Source of the DNA: an uncultured SAR86 cluster bacterium
GTDB lineage: Bacteria; Pseudomonadota; Gammaproteobacteria; Magnimaribacterales; D2472
Assembly: GCA_902515455.1 (NCBI GenBank)
Contig: CABXUO010000003.1
Location: forward strand, 1-59,777
Direction of reading: 5' to 3'
DNA length: 59,777 nt
This document shows, one piece after another, positions 28,808-36,384 of this stretch (position 1 is the stretch's first letter; every line of letters begins with the position of its first letter). The notes beneath the pieces were generated by a model. That model was given only the letters and a program-made list of their open reading frames with translations, ran no database searches and was not told the origin of the DNA. A program made the position numbers and the translations under genes.

Positions 28808-29650
28808 ATGCATCGGAATAAAACAGCATTAATTGTTGAGGGTGGAGGAAGCAGGGGTGTTTTTTCTTTTGGTGTCATTGATTCATTTATCAAAGCTTCT
28901 TTCAATCCATTCAACATGCATTTCGGAGTATCTAATGGAGCAGTTGTGCAGCTATGGTATTTATTAAAAGTATCAGATTACAACCTAGATAAAATGTTAT
29001 TTTCTGCATCAAAAAAGTATGTTAGGTATTCAAATATTCTTTTTAACAAAAGCATTATGAATTTTGAGAAACTCTACCAAGATGCTAATAAAGTTTTTCC
29101 AATTGATTTTGATCGCTTGCAAAGAAATTTAGATGGAAAAAATTTTTATGTTGTAGTTTCTGATGGTGAAACAGCAAAATCTGAATATATTGAGCTATCT
29201 AGAGAAAATTATATAAATGAAATGCTTGCTACTGGATCTCTACCTGTTCTAATGAAAAATCCAATAATACTTAATAATAAAAGAAAATTTGATGGAGGAA
29301 TTACTGATCCACTACCAGTAAAAAAAGCCTACGAGATGGGAGCTCGAGATATAACCCTTATTAGAACTTATGAAGAAACTTTTATAAGAAAAACTAAGTT
29401 TGAAAATTACATAGCTGCGCTTGCAACAAGATCATACCCAAATATTTCGCGAGCTTTAATCTATAATACCAAAACATATAATTCTGCACTCGAGTTTATT
29501 AAAAATCCTCCAAGTGATTGCAATATTACACAAATTTGTCCCCCGTATCGATTAAAGACTAAGCGAGCTACGACTAATCATTCAACAATGAAAGCAGATT
29601 ATTTGCTTGGTACTCAAATTGGCCAACGATTTCTTAAGAAATTTTTATAA
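28808..29650 (+). CDS. Patatin-like phospholipase
   Basis: 280 aa with the oxyanion motif GGGSRG, nucleophile GVSNGA (GxSxG) and catalytic Asp motif DGGITDP. Confidence 0.85.
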   Translation: MHRNKTALIVEGGGSRGVFSFGVIDSFIKASFNPFNMHFGVSNGAVVQLWYLLKVSDYNLDKMLFSASKKYVRYSNILFNKSIMNFEKLYQDANKVFPIDFDRLQRNLDGKNFYVVVSDGETAKSEYIELSRENYINEMLATGSLPVLMKNPIILNNKRKFDGGITDPLPVKKAYEMGARDITLIRTYEETFIRKTKFENYIAALATRSYPNISRALIYNTKTYNSALEFIKNPPSDCNITQICPPYRLKTKRATTNHSTMKADYLLGTQIGQRFLKKFL

Positions 29651-29790
29651 TCAAATCAAACCTGATTGATGTTTAATTAAAGTATGCAGATGTTATGCAT
29701 TCCGATGAAATTTTTAAATAGAAATTTTTTATCTAACTAACTCATATCCAGTTATTTTTTTAAATAGTTATATTTTTTTTATTATAGGTG

Positions 29791-29818
29791 TTGACTCTAT
29801 TTTCTAGAGGCGTATATT
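29791..29818 (+). promoter_or_regulatory. Near-consensus sigma70 promoter of RNA copy 2
   Basis: TTGACT (29791..29796), a 16-nt spacer and TATATT (29813..29818). Confidence 0.7.
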
Positions 29819-29824
29819 TAATAG

Positions 29825-30043
29825 ACCAACTCAGACTGACCTACAAGCAACTGCAGACGGGAGTAGGAGAGAAAGAGGAGGAAGAGACGAAGGGCGAAAG
29901 CGTTACTAAGAGTCGACGATAAAAAAGAGCTTAGTAGCCCACCAAGGAGGAGAGAGAAGGCCTCTAAGGAGCTAAAGAGATTCTCACTTTAGACCCCTTC
30001 CAATCTCGAATTGAAAAGACAGAGCTTAGCTCTGTTTTTTTTT
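29825..30043 (+). ncRNA. Candidate novel purine/GGA-rich non-coding RNA, copy 2
   Basis: It has the same architecture as copy 1. 29851..30045 is identical to 28583..28777. Confidence 0.65.
30019..30043 (+). terminator. Intrinsic terminator of RNA copy 2
   Basis: The hairpin and T-run are identical to those at 28751..28775. Confidence 0.85.
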
Positions 30044-30076
30044 GCCTTTATCACTAACTTTAATGACTATTACGCT

Positions 30077-30703
30077 ATGCTCAAAGAGCTACTTGAAAAT
30101 ACTATATTGCTATTTGTTGCTGTTGATCCCATTGCATTAATTCCCATTTTTGCAAGTCTCACAAAAGGATTTAATAAAAGCGATATAAAAAAAATTTATA
30201 TACAAGCAACCATCGTTGCATTTTTTGTACTTGCTATATTTTATCTTTTAGGTACATCAGTATTAGACATTATGGGGATTTCAATGAGCTCCTTCAAAAT
30301 AATTGGCGGCTTATTTTTAATTGCTATTGCATTTCAAATGGTATTAGAGCAAAGACAATCAAGAAGAGAAAATACTGCTGAAGTTGCATTAGATGATGTA
30401 TCAATTCAGTCTATAGCGATATTTCCCTTAGCCATTCCGCTGATAGCTGGACCTGGAGCAATGACTACAGCCCTTCTTATTGCTGAGTCAAATGAAAGTA
30501 ATTCCATTGAAATTTTAATAAATTTTATTCCCATTTTTATAATTATTATTATTGCTGCATTATCTATGTGGCTTTCTGCAAATCTATCTAAGAGAGTGGG
30601 GCCAACTATTATCATTGTTGTTGAAAAGATCTTTGGGATATTGTTGGGAGCTTTAGCAATAGAATTTGTTGTATCAGGAATAAGAGAGTCATTTAATTTA
30701 TAA
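30077..30703 (+). CDS. MarC-family (UPF0056) integral membrane protein
   Basis: MLKELLENTILLFVAVDPIALIPIF.. is typical of the MarC family, with six hydrophobic segments. The ORF-track start at 30011 reads through the RNA terminator, so I reject it in favour of the ATG at 30077. Confidence 0.8.
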   Translation: MLKELLENTILLFVAVDPIALIPIFASLTKGFNKSDIKKIYIQATIVAFFVLAIFYLLGTSVLDIMGISMSSFKIIGGLFLIAIAFQMVLEQRQSRRENTAEVALDDVSIQSIAIFPLAIPLIAGPGAMTTALLIAESNESNSIEILINFIPIFIIIIIAALSMWLSANLSKRVGPTIIIVVEKIFGILLGALAIEFVVSGIRESFNL

Positions 30704-30783
30704 TTTCTTTTTAGATTTTCTTACAATTAATTTTATTTCAACGATAATATCTTCTTAAATCATCTCAGGAGTATATTCAACAA

Positions 30784-32349
30784 ATGCTTTTTAATAATTT
30801 AGATTTGTTTATTGTTGGAATTTATTGTGTTGGAATCATAGCTATTGCTCAATACGTCTCTAAGTCTAAACAGGGTCATGAGAAAACTGCAGAGGATTAT
30901 TTCTTAGCAGGCAGATCACTTCCTTGGTGGGCAATAGGAGCCTCTTTAATTGCTGCAAATATTTCTGCAGAACAAATTATTGGTATGTCAGGACAGGGAT
31001 TTGTGGTTGGGATGGCAATAGCCACTTATGAACTTACAGCGGCAATTGCTTTAATTGTGATGGCAAAGTATTTTTTACCACTTTTTTTAGAGAAGCAAAT
31101 TTATACTATGCCTCAATTTCTTGAGCATCGATTTGATAACAGGGTTAGCCTCGTGTTGTCTTTCTTTTGGCTAGCCGTCTATGTATTTATAAATCTGACC
31201 AGTGTTTTATGGTTAGGGTCTTTAGCAATTAACTCATTAACAGGACTAGATCTATTCTATGGATTAGTACTCTTAGCGACCCTATCTTTAGCATATTCAT
31301 TGTGGGGCGGACTTAAAGCTGTGGCTATGACAGATATTATTCAAGTAATTTTATTAATTTTTGGTGGTCTATCTGTTTCTTATATAGCTTTAAATCAAAT
31401 TTCAGATGGCGCAGGAGTTTTCATTGGATTGAATCAAGTATATCAATCTCTTCCTGAAAAATTTGACATGATTTTATCTTTTGATCATCCTGCATACAAA
31501 GATCTTCCTGGTGTCTGGGTTTTGATTGGAGGCTTATGGATAGCACATTTTGCATACTGGGGATTTAATCAATATATTACTCAAAGAGCGCTGGGTGCTA
31601 AATCTTTGCCAGAAGCTCAAAAAGGAGTTATGTTTGCAGCTTATTTGAAGCTCTTGATGCCATTTGTTGTTGTTCTTCCAGGGATTTGTGCTGCAATTAT
31701 TTATCCTGAGCTTGAAAAGTCTGACCAAGCATATCCAATGATGATGGCATTACTTCCAAACGGTTTATTGGGACTAACTTTTGCAGCTCTTGTTGCTGCC
31801 ATTGTTTCCTCACTTGCATCAATGACTAATAGCATTAGCACAATTTTTACAATGGATATTTATAGAAGTTTTGCAAAATCAAAACCATCTCAACAAAGAT
31901 TAGTGACAGTTGGAAGGAATATTGCTTGGATCGCATTAGTTATAGCTGTCATTTGTGCGCAGCCACTTCTTGGAAGCATGGACTCTGCATTTCAATATAT
32001 ACAAAATTTCACTGGATTTTTCACACCAGGAATTTTAGTAATATTTTTAGTTGCTCTATTTTGGAAAAAAGCTACCACTCTTAGTGTTTTAGTTGCAGCA
32101 ATTATGTCCTTAATTTTATCTTTGGTAATTTTCCTTGTTTTTCCAGAATATCCTTTTATTCATAGAATGGGAGTCGTATTTCTAGTTTCAGGCCTTGGAT
32201 GTTACTTTACCGCGTTAGTTCAAGGATACTCTAATCAACCTAAAGCAATTGACTTAGTGAATATAAACTTTAAAACAGAGTTGTCATTTAATATAAATAC
32301 CGCAATTATCTTTTTGATTTTATTCATAACTTATTTTTTACTTTGGTAA
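30784..32349 (+). CDS. Sodium:solute symporter (SSS family, SGLT-like sugar transporter)
   Basis: 521 aa and polytopic, with the motif GRSLPWWAIGASLIAANISAEQIIGMSG. It is next to glk. Confidence 0.85.
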   Translation: MLFNNLDLFIVGIYCVGIIAIAQYVSKSKQGHEKTAEDYFLAGRSLPWWAIGASLIAANISAEQIIGMSGQGFVVGMAIATYELTAAIALIVMAKYFLPLFLEKQIYTMPQFLEHRFDNRVSLVLSFFWLAVYVFINLTSVLWLGSLAINSLTGLDLFYGLVLLATLSLAYSLWGGLKAVAMTDIIQVILLIFGGLSVSYIALNQISDGAGVFIGLNQVYQSLPEKFDMILSFDHPAYKDLPGVWVLIGGLWIAHFAYWGFNQYITQRALGAKSLPEAQKGVMFAAYLKLLMPFVVVLPGICAAIIYPELEKSDQAYPMMMALLPNGLLGLTFAALVAAIVSSLASMTNSISTIFTMDIYRSFAKSKPSQQRLVTVGRNIAWIALVIAVICAQPLLGSMDSAFQYIQNFTGFFTPGILVIFLVALFWKKATTLSVLVAAIMSLILSLVIFLVFPEYPFIHRMGVVFLVSGLGCYFTALVQGYSNQPKAIDLVNINFKTELSFNINTAIIFLILFITYFLLW

Positions 32350-33287
32350 TGAATTCCCAAGATAGTTTTTCTGACAAAAAAGTTTTACTTATTGATATAG
32401 GTGGAACTAATATAAGAACAGCTACAGCCAAAATTGGAAGTAATGAGATAAATAATGCTTCTAAGCAAAATTTAGATTGTTTAGATTCATTCGATCAGAT
32501 TATTCAAAACCTTTTAAGCAAAGATCAAAACATAAGACATATAGTTTTTTCTGTTGCCGGCCCAAAGCTCCATCAATCTATCTCAATGACGAATAGAGAT
32601 TTTGAAATAGATGAAAAGATTATATTGAAAAAATTTAATTTAGATTCTTGTCATATTCTTAATGATTGGGAATCCATTGGCTATGGATTATCTCTTTTTA
32701 ACGCTAATGAAATGAGCTTCATAAATAAATGTGATGGATTTAATCACACATCATTAGTTATTGGCCCAGGTACAGGCCTGGGGGCAGCTCTAGTTATTGA
32801 AAATAAAATTGTACTTCCTACAGAGATTGGAAACAGCTCATTAATTCTTCCAAAATTATTTGAAGATTTTGAACCCGAAGTTATTGAAAATTTTAATATT
32901 ATTGAGAATATTATATCCGGAGGGGGGCTCAAAAAAATATATGAAATTTTCTCTAACCAAGAAAAGTCACCTGAAGAAATAGTATCAAGCTTTAATAATG
33001 ATGAATCCTCACAAAAAGCCATAAATTTCTTTCTCAATTCATTTTCTCAAATATTGTCTGAACTTGCCTTGGCCTATATGCCTGGAAATGGAGTATTCAT
33101 CGCCGGAGGTTTAATGCGATCAATTAATCAATTTATAGATAATGAGATTTTCATGAAAAATTTTTTGACGAACAGAAAATCAATGCATGCGAATATTTTG
33201 TCGCAAATGCCGATAGCCATTATCAATCAAGAAATGACTTGTTTGCATGGAAGTTTAAATTTCATTAATAAAATTAGTAAAACATAA
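32349..33287 (+). CDS. glk: Glucokinase
   Basis: LLIDIGGTNIR ATP-binding motif, with size and pattern typical of bacterial Glk. The ATG at 32349 overlaps the symporter stop (TAATG); the track start at 32343 is a TTG. Confidence 0.8.
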   Translation: MNSQDSFSDKKVLLIDIGGTNIRTATAKIGSNEINNASKQNLDCLDSFDQIIQNLLSKDQNIRHIVFSVAGPKLHQSISMTNRDFEIDEKIILKKFNLDSCHILNDWESIGYGLSLFNANEMSFINKCDGFNHTSLVIGPGTGLGAALVIENKIVLPTEIGNSSLILPKLFEDFEPEVIENFNIIENIISGGGLKKIYEIFSNQEKSPEEIVSSFNNDESSQKAINFFLNSFSQILSELALAYMPGNGVFIAGGLMRSINQFIDNEIFMKNFLTNRKSMHANILSQMPIAIINQEMTCLHGSLNFINKISKT

Positions 33288-33294
33288 TTAAAAA

Positions 33295-33936
33295 TTGAAT
33301 AACTCTGCTTCAGAAAAGCTATTTAAATCAATCACAAAATCATTAGATAAAGCGATTGCGCTGAATGGAAAAGCTTCGCTAGTTGTATGTGGTGGAAATA
33401 GCCCTTTATCAATTTATCAAAAATTAAGTCGTGCAGATTTAGACTGGAATAAAGTATCTATCTACTTGGGAGATGATAGATTAGTCCCCTCAGATCACAT
33501 TGATTCAAATGAAAATCTTTTAAGGAAGAATCTTTTAATAAATAATGCTAAGCGGGCTAAATTTTATCCATTAGTTCAGCCAAGAATTAATATTAAAGAT
33601 GTAACACTTCCCTTTGATATAGTTTTACTCGGATTAGGTATTGATGGCCATTTTGCATCACTTTTCCCGGACCAAGTTAAACTGAGCAGTGCTTTAGGTA
33701 TTAACGCTGATCCTGATTTTATATGTTCAGAGACCCCTCAAGGATCTCCAAGCCATAAAAGAATTTCAATGAATATTGCATTACTTCTCAATACAAAACG
33801 ATGTATCTTGCTTGTAACAAATTCTGACAAAAGATTGGTTCTTGAAAAAGCATCCACGAACAATAAAATGCCATTACACTTTCTTATAAATCAAGATAAG
33901 ACAAAACTTGAATTCTCAGATATAGATTTTCAATAA
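33295..33936 (+). CDS. pgl: 6-phosphogluconolactonase
   Basis: 213 aa with GLGIDGHFASLFP, characteristic of the Pgl/NagB superfamily lactonases. Confidence 0.8.
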   Translation: MNNSASEKLFKSITKSLDKAIALNGKASLVVCGGNSPLSIYQKLSRADLDWNKVSIYLGDDRLVPSDHIDSNENLLRKNLLINNAKRAKFYPLVQPRINIKDVTLPFDIVLLGLGIDGHFASLFPDQVKLSSALGINADPDFICSETPQGSPSHKRISMNIALLLNTKRCILLVTNSDKRLVLEKASTNNKMPLHFLINQDKTKLEFSDIDFQ

Positions 33937-33945
33937 GGAATAAGA

Positions 33946-36378
33946 ATGAAAAAACTTTTTTTAATAATTTTATTTTCAAATATTTCATTATTATCAGCTC
34001 AAGTAGACTGGAGTAGATCAAATGCTTGTGAATATACAAATTTTGATAATGATTTTTTGATTGAGCAACTAATCAAAGCAATGTCGATAGAGGATAAAGT
34101 TGGACAAATTATTCAAGGCGACTTGGACTTTGTTACTCCAGCAGACGTTAAAAAATACAGACTTGGATCAGTTTTGAATGGAGGAAACACTTCACCTAAT
34201 GGAGATAAATATAGTTCTGCAGAAGACTGGAAGAACTTAAGTAAAGACTTTTATGAAGCTTCTCCAATCTTTAAAGGTATCCGAGTTCCTATTTTATGGG
34301 GAACTGATGCAGTTCATGGTCATAATAATGTTATTGGAGCAACATTATTTCCACACAATATAGGACTTGGTGCAACTCGTAATGAAGAGTTAATTAAAAA
34401 TATTGGTGAGGTGATTGCCTTAGAAGTTTTGTCAACCGGAGTTGCTTGGACATTTGCTCCTACAATCGCCGTTCCTCAAGATGATCGTTGGGGAAGAACT
34501 TACGAGGGATTTTCTGAGGATCCCATTTTAGTCTCTAAATTAGGCAAGGCTTTTGTGCTTGGGCTCCAAGGTGAGGGAGATATATTCCTTGACAAAAATC
34601 ATGTTATTGCAACCGCTAAGCATTTCATGGGTGATGGAGGTACTCTGAGAGGAGTTGATCAAGGCAATACCATAATTTCTGAGATTGGGTTACGAAAATT
34701 GCATGGATATCCATACTTTGATGCTCTAGATGCATGTGCTCAAACAGTTATGGCAAGCTTTAATTCCTGGAATGGTCAAAAGCTACATGGATATAAGGAG
34801 TTATTAACAGACATCTTGAAGGATGATATGCAATTTGATGGTTTTGTTGTAGGTGATTGGAATGGCCATGGCCAGGTAGATGACTGTTCAAATTCAAAAT
34901 GTGCTCAATCATTTAATGCTGGAGTTGATATGTTCATGGTTCCAGAGAACTGGAAAGACCTTTTGTTAAATACGATTCAGCAAGTTAAGACCGGTGAAAT
35001 ATCAGAGATCAGACTCGATGATGCAGTTAGAAGTATTTTAAAAGTTAAATCTAGGCTTGGTTTATTTGACGGAAGAGTCCCGCATGAATTTAAAGAAAAT
35101 TTTTTAGGTCACCCAAGACATATTGCTTTGGCTCGTCAGGCTGTAAGAGAATCCTTGGTTTTGTTGAAAAATAATAATAAATTTCTACCCATAGATCCTA
35201 GACAACATATTGGAGTTATTGGTCACGCCGCAAATAAAATTTCATCGCAAACAGGTGGCTGGACCATTACTTGGCAAGGAAGAGAAAATCTAAATGATGA
35301 TTTTATAAACACTAATACTATATATCAGGCTTTAGAGCAGACAATTTTATTATCAAATGGAACAATAGAGTTTTCTGAAAATGGTAAATTTGAAAAGAAT
35401 CCAGATGTTGTGATTGGTGTGTTTGGTGAGGAACCATATGCTGAAATGCTCGGTGATTTAAAAGATGTTTCTTTTGCTCCAACTGACCCAACATTTTTAT
35501 CATTGCTTAAATCAATCGATTCTCAAGGCATTCCAATTTTAAGTATTTTCTTGTCAGGCAGACCTTTAGAGGTAAATAAGTATATTAATGCATCTGATGC
35601 ATTTATAGCTTCTTGGTTACCAGGCACTGCTGTAGAAGGAATTGCTGACGTTATATTTAAAAAAAATAATAAAATAAATTATGATTTTTCAGGCAAACTT
35701 TCTTATTCATGGCCAAAATCTAGTGATCAAGCAGTATTAAATTACTTTGATGCTGAATATGATCCCTTATTTCCATTTGGATTTGGCCTTACATACGAAT
35801 CAAATTTTCAGCTTCAAAAAATTCAAACCGATGAGGTTGTTTCAAATATAGATTTGATTAATGTTTTTTTAGGTGCCGCATCAATCCCCGCAAAAGAGTT
35901 TGTTATTTCAAATAAAAATCCCGAATTTGTTTTAAAAGATAATTACTTTAGCAATGACGAACAAATTAAAGTTACAAGATTTGATTATCAGCGACAAGAT
36001 GATGCAAAAAATATTGTTTTTTCAAGTAGCAAATTGTTACAAGCGTTTGGAATCTCAGCAGAGTTACCCATCAATCTCTCTAATATGAGTTCTCCTTTTT
36101 ATGAGATTATTATGAGGGTAAACACTTTATCAAATCCACAATTATATTTTAGCGTTGGCTGCGGTAGTAATTGTATTGGGTCTATTGCACTGCCTACAAA
36201 ATCCATGGCGAATTGGTCAAAAATTAATATTCCTCTTTCATGCCTTGAAAAAGATGGGTTAGATAAATCCAAAATTCAATTAAGAGGACTTTTTTCAAGC
36301 AACGAAGCTATTAATTTTGATATTAATTCCATTATCATTCGAGATGGAGATGCTACGGGATCGATGTTGAGCTGCTAA
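33946..36378 (+). CDS. Glycoside hydrolase family 3 beta-glucosidase / exo-beta-glucanase, secreted
   Basis: 810 aa with a signal peptide, KHFMGDGGT and GFVVGDWNG (nucleophile Asp), plus an extra C-terminal domain. Confidence 0.88.
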   Translation: MKKLFLIILFSNISLLSAQVDWSRSNACEYTNFDNDFLIEQLIKAMSIEDKVGQIIQGDLDFVTPADVKKYRLGSVLNGGNTSPNGDKYSSAEDWKNLSKDFYEASPIFKGIRVPILWGTDAVHGHNNVIGATLFPHNIGLGATRNEELIKNIGEVIALEVLSTGVAWTFAPTIAVPQDDRWGRTYEGFSEDPILVSKLGKAFVLGLQGEGDIFLDKNHVIATAKHFMGDGGTLRGVDQGNTIISEIGLRKLHGYPYFDALDACAQTVMASFNSWNGQKLHGYKELLTDILKDDMQFDGFVVGDWNGHGQVDDCSNSKCAQSFNAGVDMFMVPENWKDLLLNTIQQVKTGEISEIRLDDAVRSILKVKSRLGLFDGRVPHEFKENFLGHPRHIALARQAVRESLVLLKNNNKFLPIDPRQHIGVIGHAANKISSQTGGWTITWQGRENLNDDFINTNTIYQALEQTILLSNGTIEFSENGKFEKNPDVVIGVFGEEPYAEMLGDLKDVSFAPTDPTFLSLLKSIDSQGIPILSIFLSGRPLEVNKYINASDAFIASWLPGTAVEGIADVIFKKNNKINYDFSGKLSYSWPKSSDQAVLNYFDAEYDPLFPFGFGLTYESNFQLQKIQTDEVVSNIDLINVFLGAASIPAKEFVISNKNPEFVLKDNYFSNDEQIKVTRFDYQRQDDAKNIVFSSSKLLQAFGISAELPINLSNMSSPFYEIIMRVNTLSNPQLYFSVGCGSNCIGSIALPTKSMANWSKINIPLSCLEKDGLDKSKIQLRGLFSSNEAINFDINSIIIRDGDATGSMLSC

Positions 36379-36384
36379 TCAGTA

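Larger units (their letters stand above)
29769..30045 (+). repeat. Direct repeat copy 2 (277 bp; promoter + RNA + terminator module)
   Basis: See copy 1. The offset is 1268 bp. Confidence 0.95.

Noticed and set aside
29651-29768. 18-codon ORF and a weak ATGCA-N7-TGCAT hairpin between patatin and RNA copy 2
   Set aside because: The ORF is too short and low in complexity, with no SD. The hairpin is 5 bp and is not followed by a T-run, so it is probably just spacer sequence.
28501-30045. The 277-bp repeats as a MITE/IS remnant or a CRISPR-like array
   Set aside because: I found no terminal inverted repeats, no target-site duplication and no transposase. There are only two copies, spaced 1268 bp apart, so the pattern is not spacer-like. 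Each copy has a complete promoter and terminator, which points to a gene rather than a mobile-element scar.
30011-30076. N-terminal extension of the MarC-family ORF (MKRQSLALFFFAF..)
   Set aside because: This segment is the terminator hairpin and T-run of RNA copy 2 read as codons, and it is duplicated upstream of patatin in a non-coding context. The ATG at 30077 gives a typical MarC N-terminus.
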